From contig DF237539.1 in the NCBI GenBank assembly GCA_000708835.1, forward strand, positions 1 through 53,832: a stretch of DNA of 53,832 nucleotides. The letters run 5' to 3'. The first letter of the stretch is position 1. Each line of letters begins with the position of its first letter. This stretch comes from Klebsormidium nitens (taxonomy: Eukaryota > Plantae > Klebsormidiophyceae). A program made the position numbers and the translations under genes. The notes beneath the pieces are model-generated. The model ran no database searches and was not told the DNA's origin. It saw only the letters and a program-made list of their open reading frames with translations. Shown piece after piece: positions 12,001-37,500 of this stretch.

Positions 12001-12539
12001 CCGTGCATTTCTATTTCCAAGGTGGTTCAGGAGTAATTGTGCGAAAAGAGAAGGATGACGATGCAGAGACTGCAATGAAAGATGACATGGAAGGATTACT
12101 AGTTTGTGTATGCTTTTCTTTGTGAAAGGAATGATTTGTTAGGGCCAGCTGGCGCTGGAAGAAAGGAGCCGAAACATTTGGAAAACACACCGAGAGAGAG
12201 CTCAGCTTTCTGCAGTGAACCTACAAGGACCCATCTTGAACTGCATTGCTCTTGCTGGCACGCTTATCACTGCGAGAGAGTGGAATCTGAGCAGTACCTT
12301 GAAATAGACGCCGTTCCACTATCTGGCAAGTCCGTGCCCTTCGTTCCCACAGGCTGCCCACCATACTCCACTTCAAGCGGCTCAAGAGCGTAGTGCTTTG
12401 GGAGCAGCGGAGACTTGTCTTCTTTCCGAGAATGATGCCCCGCTTTCGTGCCGGTTGCCTTTGGAGCTTCCCCATCCTCGTCATGGCGTATCTGGGCACC
12501 GGCAGAGTCGCTGATCAGGGCATCCCCGTCCCGCTCCAT
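6041..12539 (-). CDS. AVT6: Amino acid transporter, Aa_trans/AAAP family, AVT6-like (8 exons)
   Basis: Exons approx. 12539-12298, 11889-11766 (GVFNLSTTIVGAGIMALPATMKVLG), 10433-10274, ~9680-9524 (DVLSG..WWNGRTVVVLVTLL), ~8675-8470 (SLHYTSAAAFGLAVVF..NAFVCHFNVHPIY), ~7848-7653, ~6803-6494, ~6134-6041. The GT-AG boundaries I checked join in frame, and the motifs are typical of AVT6/SLC38. Confidence 0.92.
6770..7080 (-). repeat. Three tandem ~130-bp units covering the 3' splice site and start of the penultimate AVT6-like exon
   Basis: ttcacctgc (cag|GTGAA on the minus strand) preceded by caagcgcaccacg recurs at ~6800, ~6930 and, more decayed, ~7062. Confidence 0.8.
8655..8940 (-). repeat. Tandem decaying copies of the acceptor and exon start of AVT6-like exon 5
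   Basis: gtaatgcagcgaatctgc (8661, true exon), gtagtgcagcgaatctgtg (8823) and gtaatgcgccaggtctgcg (8911). Confidence 0.65.
9225..9545 (-). repeat. Three tandem ~95-120-bp units covering the exon end and 5' splice site of AVT6-like exon 4
   Basis: agctaga..cccacct(a/g)tg..tttc at ~9285-9320, ~9405-9445 and ~9500-9535 (true exon end); gtgttccagtgaa..aagaaa.agc at ~9235 and ~9358. Confidence 0.8.
9770..9835 (-). repeat. Diverged copy of the telomere-like core of the 2639-2828 element, inside an intron
   Basis: gggacgggtgagtttagggtgggcatggatgcgaagcgggtaagcatttgggtttag resembles the reverse complement of 2705-2776 (ggagacgggt..ttagggtgggtacgggtgcggagcgggtgatcctttgggttagg). Confidence 0.6.
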
Positions 12540-13017
12540 GGAGCAATGTAAGCTGTGGAGCAAAGTACTTTTCAAGAAAGATACCGTCCTGCAACAGAAT
12601 TCTCAATTGCGACAACTGTATCTTAGCTGATTTTGACCACCTGGAAGCCAATGATCCTGATACGCTCACTGAACTCATACGATGACCAGCCCTGGGATTC
12701 GTTGGGCGTCTCTAACTCAAAGGGTCCACCTCTGCTCGTAAAGGGAGCGCCCTGCTGCAAGTCTGATACCATATGTAGATTTTGTCCCAGTGTGCAACAG
12801 CTGGGATGCATTGTTCCAAACCCTCAGGCTCAAGCAGCCTGGGACGGCTCTCGATTCGGTGTCAACAGACGGCTTACACTGCAGGAATGGATGTCGACAC
12901 GACTTCTAGGGTTTCAGTCGCACCAATCTGACCTTTTTCAAAATTCTTCCACTGGCACAAGCACACAGAGCAGCATTGCATCCTGATTTGAGGGCAAGAA
13001 GCAACAAAGCAAGCAGC
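12540..13017. promoter_or_regulatory. Short divergent intergenic region, candidate bidirectional promoter
   Basis: About 480 bp separates the ATGs of two head-to-head genes. Inferred from geometry only. Confidence 0.4.
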
Positions 13018-15804
13018 ATGGCGTGCTCGCATTGTGCCGCACCATGGAGGGCATCCTTGCCCTCGGCTGTCTCGTCTGAGCTGCTCAATAGCAGCAGGAC
13101 ACGGAGGTGCAGAGCATACACCTCAGCGCCTCTTAGACAGAGCTTCTCAGGTTGGTTCGATCAATTTCCTGTGGCCACTATACGTCTATCTCGATGCATC
13201 TTTGAGGAGGAAATCACTGTGACTTTGCGCAGAGCCATGCCGTGTTGCACATCACAGCTGAATTAGGTTTTTGAAAGATGCCCTGGCTGATGTGGCTGTT
13301 CTTCCTCACATCTGGGCGCTGATGACACACACCTCGTGCAGATTTGCTAGGACCAGGGACCGGGGTGGTGGCGCCGCAACAAGACCGGAGGAGGTTAGTT
13401 GTATTAGCCGCTAAGAAAAAAGGGGCCCCTGTGAACAAGGCCGCTGCCGCCAAGAAGGAGAAAGAGGCGGCTGAGGCAGCAGCGGCTGCGGCGAAAAATG
13501 CAGCCCCATACACGAATCCGGACGTCTTCATGCATTCCCTCCTGCTCATCGACAGGTCATTCCCTTACCAGAAGATGGGGATATCTGATTGTTGTCGATA
13601 CCATCTGGATTCTCTGCCAGTCCTTCGCTTCCTGTGTCTGGTGGCATCTGTCATGGTTCTGTGGGGCGGTCTGGCTGATGGTTGAAGGCTCAGCATAAAA
13701 GGCTCGCTCGAGCCTCCAGCAATCCTTCGGCTAGGAAGGACTTTCCATTGCATCTCCTGGTTCGGTTTCTGATGTTACAGCTCATCATTCCATTATTATG
13801 AAAACGTTTTGCATTGGCTGCTCGATGGATATCATCTGGCACGTTGGTCTTATAATCTGCCACGTTGGCCTTGTGATACGAGTAGTGCGCTGCGTTGGTG
13901 CAGTTACCGACGAGCTACAGGAAAGCCCCTCTTCACAGACCTCGAGTTGCCAGACTCAGGGCGGGCGCTGTTTGAGGCGCCGTTTGTGTGCATGAGTCAT
14001 GATGGCGAAGAGGACCCCGTGTTCGATTATGGTATGGTACGGCCACTGGTCTTCATCAGAGAGTCCCCTGCCTTCCAATTCATGAGGGCACCGCCTTTGA
14101 AAACTCAATGATATGGTTGTTGCATGTTGTGATTGCAGATGCATTTAAGTGCTCAGAGTTCTCTGATCGTTCTTCGCTGCCAAATGAGAGATAGATTTGT
14201 CCAGAAGGAGCACCAGCTGGGAGTTAGATACTTCTTTTAGAAAGTGTCAGTGTTGGAACAGGGTCTTTACATTCCACGCGGTGTTGCTTTTCTTGCCTTG
14301 TTTCAGGGAACAAAGCGGCACTCGAGCTTTTCGAGATGACCTGGGATGAGTTCACGAAGATGCCAAGTCGGAAATCCGCTGCTTCAGATGCCCCAGAACA
14401 GGTTCGTGACAGCTACTCTGCTCTATCCTGTCCTGTTCGACCTTTCTTCCCTTGCTGTTCAGCTGCAGCGAGGAAGCGTGCACTGAAATTTGAAAACGAT
14501 ATGGGGGCTGGCAACAATGTTTGGGTGTCATTGCTCCGTCTGACGAACCGGTCGGACTCTGTTCACTCGTGATGCCTACTGAAAATCTTGCAAATACTTC
14601 CGACTCTGTTCAGTTGTGATGCCTAATGGATATTCTGCGATCGGTTCTGACTCTGTTCAGTTGTGATCTGAAATGGAGAACCCGCGTTGGTCCTGACTCT
14701 GTTCGTGTGTGATGCAGGAAGGTCGGAACCAGCTGCTAGCAGAAGCTCTTGAAAAGGTACGACGCCTCTGCTCGCTGCTTTGTCGTAGCTGTTGCACCTT
14801 GCAAAACTTGCGCTTCACTCGAGGCGTTGCTGTGACGGGGCGAAGGAGCCAAGAAACATTCAATTGAGCACTGTTATACGATGCCAGGGGGCTGGTTCAC
14901 CTCCCATCAATTCCAGCTGTTGTCTGCGATAACCTCATAGAATCTAGAAAGAAGGCTTCTTCGGAGCACCAGTCGGCTGAGGGTCAGGAGAGCCAGCCAT
15001 CAACAAATACATGCCCGTTTCTGGAGAATGCTTTCCACCCGCTGCCGCAACATGCTTCCCTTTCGCCGTCTAGGGTGCAATCGAGCTTCACGATGCACAG
15101 CGGTACACATCCACGGGCAAGCCGTTCATCATCCAAAAGGGCGTCCTCTGGACCATAACCAACCTTGAAGGCGAACGCCTGGGACAGGTAGGCCCTCTCC
15201 TGACGGCTCTACGCACATGGCTGTGGACACTCCGAGCGTGTCCCCAGTAGTTCCAACTTGATGTTGAGTGACGGCTATGATAAGTTCAGTTCATGCCCGG
15301 GAGACGGGTGGGTCTGGTTTGAGGTTTTGAATTGGGTATGGGTTCTTAGCATGTTAACTTTGGTTTTACTTTCTTTGAAGTTGGGAATTTGATCGAACTC
15401 AACATAGGCCCAACGTAACATCAAATCGTGAATCATTGTATCTCCGGTCTAGGCCGCTCCTTGCGATGCACCGTCTTTGACAAATGTTGGTGTATCCCCT
15501 GCGGTTTGCTGGCTTATGCGCATCTTACGATCATCGTGTCGGTGCCGGATTCGCCACTGCGTCACAAGTCAACTCGACAGGGACAAGTCGGACCTTCTTT
15601 CTCAATTCTTATAAACAAAAAGTCATGTACAGTGTCTGCAGCCTCTATCTGCTCGTGCTGACTGGTCTTGGGTTTCTACAGGCCGCCGTCTGCACAGAGA
15701 TCGAGCACCCCGCGGCCAGTGCTTCGGCTGATAGCAAGCAGACGCTGCCCACGGCGCAAGCGTTGGATGGGACGACATCGAATGGGCCAACAGTAGTTTC
15801 TTGA
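13018..15804 (+). CDS. Stand-alone MEKHLA (PAS-like) domain protein with a putative plastid transit peptide (7 exons)
   Basis: Exons approx. 13018-13150, 13342-13555, 13904-14033, 14308-14401, 14719-14757, 15074-15187, 15682-15804. They join to ..LLLIDSYRRATGKPLF..ALFEAPFVCMSHDGEEDPVFDYGNKAALELFEMTWDEFTKMPSRKSA..RNQLLAEALEKGAIELHDAQRYTSTGKPFIIQKGVLWTITNLEGERLGQAAVC, which matches MEKHLA motifs. The N-terminus is rich in S/A/R. Confidence 0.88.
14555..14718 (+). repeat. Four short tandem copies of a polypyrimidine/acceptor-like unit in MEKHLA intron 4
   Basis: gactctgttcactcgtgatgcc, gactctgttcagttgtgatgcc, gactctgttcagttgtgatctg, gactctgttcgtgtgtgatgcag. Only the last ends in AG at the true exon. 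Confidence 0.8.
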
Positions 15805-16528
15805 GCTAGGTTTGAAGTGAACGCGGCTCGTCTACTATTATGCTAAGGTAGACTGTTTCTGCTACGTGTATGGATACTGAGGCACGCAATAGATTGCACG
15901 ATTTGCACTGAGATTTTGTTACATGCCCGCACTTCGATTGTCTTTGAGTGTAAATATTGGTTCAAGGCCGGTCATCATACCACCGTGTACGCATCGCCGG
16001 ATCCCCAGGCTGATCGGCATGGAATTACATTGATTGCTTAAGAACAGTTTGGTCAAATTCTCGTCCAATCATCCGATCTATCATATATGGTCGGATATAA
16101 ATATAGACATATCATTGGCCGCCCTAGGCTAGAAACAGCTCGAACTCCAATTCAAGGCATGCCAGATCGGATGCATGAGCTCCATTTAGTCTGCTGGCAT
16201 ATGACAAGTGCACGCAATATTGTGCACCAAATCTTGAAAGCTATCAATGATGCTGGAAGATCTACGTAAGTATCTCAACTCTCACGATGTCTTTCGAGTT
16301 TGCAAACGCATTGATTGAGCGTTTGACCAAGTTGAGTCCTCCCACGACACTCATTGAGCACGCCTTGGCGAGGCCGTGTCACTTCGCCATCTCATGTTCA
16401 ACAATGTTTACACTCGCTGGCCCGACCGACCTAATTTGTAACGACGTGGCGGACTCAATCATCAGTTTAGAATCTAATTTATTGTTACCTAGAAGAGTCT
16501 TCGACGAAATCATAACGAATTCTCTACA

Positions 16529-30176
<13,648 letters not shown>

Positions 30177-31516
30177 ACTGTGACGGTGGTCACCCGCAAC
30201 TTCAGAGTTCTTGCCCCTCCCTTGCTGCAGAGAAGCAAACCTTTCATTCATTGATACAATAAAATGGCAATGGATCGATGACTGCCTACATAGAGACATG
30301 AATGTCTATGTTACACCTCCACAGATCTCACGCTAGGGAAGGAACTGAGTACTGATTGATCCATAGTGGGGTGGTGCAAAGTTGAGGAGCTGACGAGAAG
30401 TCTGTTGAAAGCAGATGATACTATGTGTATTACGATCACTGTCAGCGACCTCAACCAGAGTGGCCAGAAGCAACTGATATTTTCAGTGCATTCCTTGTGC
30501 TGCTGAACTCAGGACTTCAGGACCAAAGTGCGGGAAACCAAACCAACCACCTTTTGCAGATACAGGCGAATAGCAATGCTGTCTGAATATAAGCCTATCA
30601 CAAGTTCTGGATTCCAAAGCCGTGTCTTCTACGATTGGCCATGATTCTTTGAAAAAGATGATACTGTCATTAGAAATGATTAAGCAGTCGCCTATCGTCC
30701 CACCCCAGAACGGGGAGTCTTAACAAGCAGCTGAAAATAACACTGCTCATCACAAGGACGGCTCCGCTCACCAAGCCTAATAGCTACACAACGCACGTGA
30801 CCCCTGGCCCTTCCCCTGCACTCTCGTCTTCATCAACCATGATCCCAGCCCGAGCAGACAGTCTATACATGAGCAGCCTCCTTCGCTGGAGCCTGTGGAG
30901 GGGGCAAGCGGAGAATTTCACACAAGTCGCCACCTTTTCAAAGCAGAGTCCATTTGCCAACACTGAACAATGATGATCATGAACACAGGTGCCTTCTGTG
31001 TTCAAAATTAGCGGTTAGAAAGCGGGTTAAAGGCAAATTCTATGAATGGCTTCATCGATCGCCATCAAGATGGGTGAAAGATAATCCGTCGGATGAGAAG
31101 GATTTGATCCTAAAGCCGTCGGATGCCGTTCCAGTTTGAAATTTCTTGCAGAGTTCGCAAGGTGCTGGTTATCAGGATTCAAAGCTATGCAAGAGCCTAG
31201 GCCTGCATTGGCAAGAGCCTTTTCGAGAGACGAGACTTCGTGACTTGGTTCTTGATTGTTAAAATTCTCAAGAGCGCCCTTGGGCCTTGAGGCTTGAAGC
31301 TGCCTTGAAACTTTCAATTGCATCGACTGGACGTTAATGCAGCCATTGGAGGCGGCCTTTGGAAACGTCCATGAGGAAGAGGAGCAGATGAAGGCGGGCT
31401 ATCAGAGGCTGCAATCTTCCTTCCATGGAACCGATCGCTTGCCCAGACTTGTTGTAATGCAAGCCTCCTCTTCGACTTCCAATCAAATTGACGAGCGGTG
31501 ATCACTCTACTTCCCA

Positions 31517-34500
31517 ATGGATCCCGGCGAGAATGAATCCCTGGATCAACGAGCTGTCGCTGCTGCTGAGCTGGCCGAAACTGCAGAGGCTGCACCACTG
31601 TCGGTACAAGCTAGCGCGGAAAAAGATGCGAATGTAGCTACATTAGGTGAAGCGCAAGAACCCGTCTCAGACACGGCAGCTGCACCTGACTCGTCAGGTC
31701 CTTGCGAAACACGCAATTTACCAGCGAGCCTCTCCTCCAGGGGGGAAAGCAAGGCCCCTGCAAATGAGCCCATAGGTCATGACCCAACGGGGCCTTCTAC
31801 ACCTCCTCTGGAAAGGATCGCCTCACCTCCATCCCAGGACCCCAGTCAAAAGGACCCCCTCAACAGTGCCCGTTTGTCTACAGAACCCCAGGCCCCAGGG
31901 GATCAGCGCTCAGGCCCCCTGACAGATTTTGTCCCCCCTCCTATACCCCCCTTCAAGCAAAAGTCCTTGCCCACGGCCAAGCCCCCTTCAACCACTTACA
32001 GGGAGCGGAGCGCAAGGTTCAAGAGGAAGCGGCAAGAGAAGCAGACCGGCGCGCGATTGCAGGCTTTTCCCTCCGGAACTGCATACCCCTTCCACCACAG
32101 TTTCAGGGCCATCCCAGGGGAGAAGCTGCCTAACGGCCAGTCGCCGTATCCTGGAACCGCACCCCCCGGAGCCCCGCTTTACACCCCGTTGGTTGCCCCC
32201 CCAAAGGGAGACATTCTGAACGCCACCGCGCTTGCACAGCTCACCGGCACCTACCTAGGGTTCCCCTGGCTTTCCATTGCGGTTTCGGGGCCCCCAAATC
32301 TTGGCGCGGATTCGCAGGACGGCAGAGCGAGAAAGAGGCGCGCGAAGGGAGCGGATCCTGAAGCCCCCAGGATGATGGCAGACCGCGCCCCCTCCCCTTT
32401 GCTGAGCTTTGACACCGGGCGGAAGCCCCGCTGGAAGCCCGCCCCCGCGGGCTTCACAAAGTGTGCGGCGTGTGTGTGGTCGAGGAGGGCCACCGGATAC
32501 TGCTACCTGAAACATGGTGGCGGCAAGGAGGGCGCCAGAAAGGAGCGTGCATCGGCGGATGACGGGGCATCTGAAAAAGACGCCGACGGTGATCGGAGCA
32601 AGGGGGATGGCGGCGGGAGGCAGGAGGGCGCTGGGGCAACTAGTGCATTGGGAAGTGAAGGGGCATCTGAAAAGGACGCCGACGGTGACGGGGGCGAGGG
32701 GGATGACAGCAGGGAGCCAGCGAAGAATGCGGACGAACGAGGGGTGTGCGAAGCTGGAGGCGCTGCTGGGGCCTCTGGACTGGCCCCTGAAAACACGATT
32801 GCCGGAGACAAGGTGAGCAGCAGACAATAATAGGCAATATGGACAGGTGACTATCATACAAACGAGAAAAAGACTGTTGAAAGGGCCTCTTCTTGGATGA
32901 TGTTCCGTTGGGAGTCGAGTGAAATTCTCATTTACAGGGGCATCTTGCATCTGTGTTTGATGTCAGTGCTCGATGACGTGGGTTGCTGACTGGCTTTAAA
33001 TTCCTAGGACTTTGTGCATGCTTTTTGGAGTGACAACACATGGTTGGGCTATGGGCCAACACTGTCCTTTTGTGCAAGCGAGTGCTGCTTGTCTTCAAAT
33101 GTAAACGCTCGAAGGCCGTCCATCACAAGACGGGGGTTGTATTTCTTGATCTTGTTTCGATAGGGCAAAACGTTCTGAGCCTACATTGAGCCCTTTTGTT
33201 GGTGGTCAACGCATCAACTGAGCGTAAGCAAGCAAGAGAAAAACTTTTTCGAGGCCAACCTGGATTTGTTTCGTCTTGCCAAAGAACCATTTATACTGTG
33301 GCTTTGCAGAGCTGATTCGCGGATTGCTTCCAGGCGGCTTCAGATGGCGGATTCTCCCTCAACGTCTATCATGTCAAGTCACCTTACCATCTGCAAAGGA
33401 TTGCTCTGCTGTTCGGTCCGCTTTGAAGTGACTGCGGCCTTTCTAGATTTTGATCCAACATCCTTCCGCCGAGTCCATCTGTTTTTATGTGTTGCAGGCT
33501 GCTCCGGACGAAGTCCCTGCCGAACCCTCGGCCAGCCTTGATGGAAAGACAGGCGATGATGATGCAACTGAAGCCCATGCGCCGGCAGATGCCGCGAAAG
33601 ATAGCGAATCAGCGGAAGAGAGGGGAGACAAAGAGGCGAGAGAAGGTGGGTTTGCGGAGGGCGCCCTTGGAGAGGGGCTAGAGGCAGGAGGAACGGACGA
33701 CGATATACAAAACGGGGACACAAGGGAGGAGCAAGTGACAGCGGATGGTGGGGCGGGAGGTGATGGTCAACGGGTTGGGAAGGACAGCGGGGGACGGCTT
33801 GAGACTGGAGGAGGAACTGACGTGGCAGGGAACAGCAACGCAGAGGGGAGGAAGAAAGCGCTGCAAAGTGGACGGCAGAACGGGGGAGAAGGGGCCAGGG
33901 GTGCAGAAAACGGGCAGCCAGTCACTGCCGCTGTGAGCGGGCAGTCCGGCACAGCTCCATCTGACCCCTTGACGGCTGAGCCCCAGTCCAAGGGATTAGA
34001 GGAGGGGAGGTCTCCCGTGCCAGCCGGCAAGACACCTGCAAAAAGTCTTCCATCCGTAGGCTTCAGCTTTCTGACAGTCAACGAGGCCCCCCAGGGGAAG
34101 CGGAAGGAGCCGGACAGCGCAGACGAGAAAGGGCCCGGCCGCCCGAAGCCGTGCAACGCGTGCCGCAAGGTGCGCAAGGGGGGGTGCGGCACGCCGCGCG
34201 CATACTCCGGGTGCGAAGTCTGGAAGCCGGAAGTGCGCGAGTGGCCTCGGAAGCGGGGGGAGGAACGGGAGCTGCGGCCGTGGCCGGCGCACCTCCCCCC
34301 CGAAGCGCACGCGCAGATCCAAACGGTCGCGGCCGACCCTTTGCGCGCTGACTCGGCCGCCAGCGCCGCGTCGAGAATACCGTACCTCTACTTCGGACGT
34401 TCGCCGAGCGGAATAGACCCCGGAAGCGAGAACGGTCTGGGCGTCAGCCCAGCTCCCTACAGCCGCCTGACCCCCGCGTCGTACCTCTCGCGGCTCAACC

Positions 34501-37500
34501 AGAGCAGCGCCGTTCCGTCTGGCCCCGCCTTGGTTGACCTGTTTGCCAAACCCCCCGCGAACCTGCGGGCGCAGATCAGCTCGGTTCCAAAGCCGGGGCC
34601 AGGCCCGCTGTCACAGCAAGTGTCGGAAATCTTCTCCTCTCCCTACGCGGCCCTCCGCTCTCACCAGCCAAGCCCCCCTCAACTGCCCCCAATTGCGCAC
34701 CTGATCGATTTTCGCTCGGCTGGTTCAAATCTTGCCGGACACGGGGTCAGGATGCCCGTTCCGTCCGAGTATTTTCCCCAAGCACATGCGCCGCAAAGCG
34801 CCCCCAGCCGCTATGCTGGCGTTCCTGTCAAAGTACTGAACCCGAACGCGCGCACGCCTGACGCCAACCCCGTCGTTCCGCTCTCGATCCTCCCAGTCCA
34901 AATCCAGATCCCAGTGCTCCCCGTCTTTAGGAACCCCCCGACGGCGAGCATCGGTGCCCAGTTGCCCGCTCCAACGCTGAGCAGCAGTAACCAACCGCTT
35001 CTAGGTAGCTTCTTGCAAGGGCGGGAGGCGTTCGCCGGGGGGCAGCCGTCAGCTGACGTCATCAGAATCCGGGGTGGCGGACCTCGGCCCAGGAAGCGGA
35101 AGCAAACGGACGGAATGACGGGAGGAGCAGAGAAGAAGGCCCGGAACGTAGCTGCGAAGAAGGGGAGCGGAAAAAGAGACGGGGCTCTTGGAGAAGAAAG
35201 AAAGCACGAGGCGACCGCAGGCGGCGAGAATGATGCTGGGGCGAAACCAGAGGAGGCATCGGGGAGCAAAGGAAGGGGAGCTGCCGAGGAAGGGTCTTCT
35301 GGGGTGACGCCAGAAAGAGAAGGGCTCAGGCGAAGTAGTCGGGTACGGAAAGGGAGGGAGACAGGTCAGACAGAGGAAGCGCCAAGCAATCGACGGGAGG
35401 CACCAGGAGCAAGGGGGCGAAGCAGAAGTGCTGCCAAAGCGAGCACGGAGCGTTCAGAGGGGGCTGGGCCTAGCGGGCAGGGGGATGCAAGTAAGAAAGA
35501 AAAAAAGGGGGGTGGTAAGGCCCGGACGAGGAAAGCGGAATCAACTGTGGCAGGAGGCAAGAAAGCGACATCAGAAGGTGAGGCCAAGGGCGGGGGAAGG
35601 AAAGGCCGCACTACCGGAACGAAGAGACGGAAAAAGGGGGACGGAACGGGTTCTGGTGGGAGTCGAGCTGGCGGCGTGGGAACGTCAGCCGCAAAAAAAG
35701 CGAGGGGGGGAGCCAAAGGGAAGGGCGCTTCCGGCAAGGCACCCCTGATCGTCTTTGCGCATGGGGCCGGAGCGGGATCGTCCTCGCCCTTTATGCAAAG
35801 GTGAGAATGCCACATGCCGCTTCTGTTAGGTTGCTGGAAGGCGATCGAGGCTGCGGGGTCAGAGGACCAGGTTGCAAAGCTTTGAGCTTAAGATGTTGTG
35901 GTGAGGAATGGTCATGAGAACATTGGCTTGGTCAGAGGAGCCTTAAGCTGAACGCCATAACCCAAACAGTGAAGCCATGGTCCATCTTTCCCCTCAAGTA
36001 TTATCAAAGTGTTCGACGACTCTTTGCATGGTTTTCAAAGAGGCCGGCAACTTGGCCCAGCATCGTAAGTGCCATTGTCTCTCCTTTTCAGAGATTCGAA
36101 CAGCAAGAATCATGAGCCATAATAGGCAGCCAATATGAATCCCCCGGTCGTTGACTCTCTGTCGTGCAGCAAGTCTGCCGCAGATTTCTCTGACTGTGCA
36201 CGCAGCAATTGTGAATCTTGTCAAGTGCTGGTCCTAAACAAAGCTAAGCAACAACTTATTCTCTTCCAGGTGGCGGGACCTTCTTAGAGAGGCACTGGGC
36301 GCGGTGGACGTCGTCACATTTGATTATCCCTGTGAGTTGACCCCTTTTCTGTCTGCCCGAAAGGTTTTGCTTTCCCTTGGAGACAAGCCTTATTGTTTGG
36401 CCTTCACTTTCCGCTTGGAGCAGACTTTGACCGACACCTTTGACGCCTTGCGTAAAAGTCGGTGGGAGATTTGTGCTTTGAAGTGCTTTCAAGTTAAGTG
36501 CTAGCATGAATGGTCGTTAGGTCGACCTGGCAAGGATGGAAGGACGGGCGTGTTGTCTACTGGCCGGGATTTAGTGCAGTGAACATCTGTTCGAAAGTCA
36601 GAGCCACTCAAGCTGTCTGCGGGTATTCCAACGCGTCTCACACTTGATTCTTGAGAAGTTCGGCCCCCTGACTTCGAAACTGATCTCACTTCTCGACCAA
36701 ATAAAGAACCATCAGGTTTGGGCAGTACCTGGAATGACAAGCGGTCTGACCTAGAACTGATGCATGTATTTTTTTGCCAACCGTAGATCTGGCAAGCGGC
36801 AAGAAGGGAGCACCGCCCAAGGCCGAGAAGCTGGTCGACTTCCACATCGCGACGATAAAATCGGCGCAAGAAAAGTACCCGGGCGCTCCCCTTGTGCTGA
36901 TTGGCAAATCAATGGGATCCAGGTGGGCACCTTATAGGCGCCCCCCACATTCCTTGGCGGCGTCGAATCCGCCAAGCGAGAACGGCGGCTTGGAAGTGTT
37001 TGGATGCTTACACGAGAAGCTGCTCGGCACTGCTTCGGGTCGCTTCAGACGTCGGGGCTTGAGAATTGACGACTTTGCCAAATTTTGGACTTGGAAGTGT
37101 GAAAGCGAGCAGCGGAGCAACCGGGGGGCTTCGTGACATACATGTTGGCTAAAATGACACCTCTGTCGACAATGTCTGAGGGTCAGATTTTTGCAAACAA
37201 TCTCTGCAAGATAGTGCGCGCAGTCTACAGTTCCTATTACCACTGCGTTGGCAGCCCGTCTATGACCAAAGCGTTCTGGCACCTTCATCGCAAGCACACC
37301 AACTTCGACATTCACTATCTCTACCCCTCCTCCTTTCCACGCAGGCCGGTCTGTACATGTCATGTACTATTTGCGTCAACCTTGTCACTTCCCTTTTCAC
37401 TTCCTGAGTTGTGGTCCGCAATCTTGAGCCGTCCGATCATCCCTGCCGTTGTCGATCAGACGGTCCACAATTGGGAACCATGCTGCGCGGGGCATCCAAA

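Noticed and set aside
14555-14718. Repeat-spacer look resembling a CRISPR array
   Set aside because: The units are degenerate and irregularly spaced, lie in a spliceosomal intron, and no cas genes are present.
33767-35815. Minus-strand ORFs of 140-150 aa
   Set aside because: They are antisense shadows of the 784-aa GC-rich exon.
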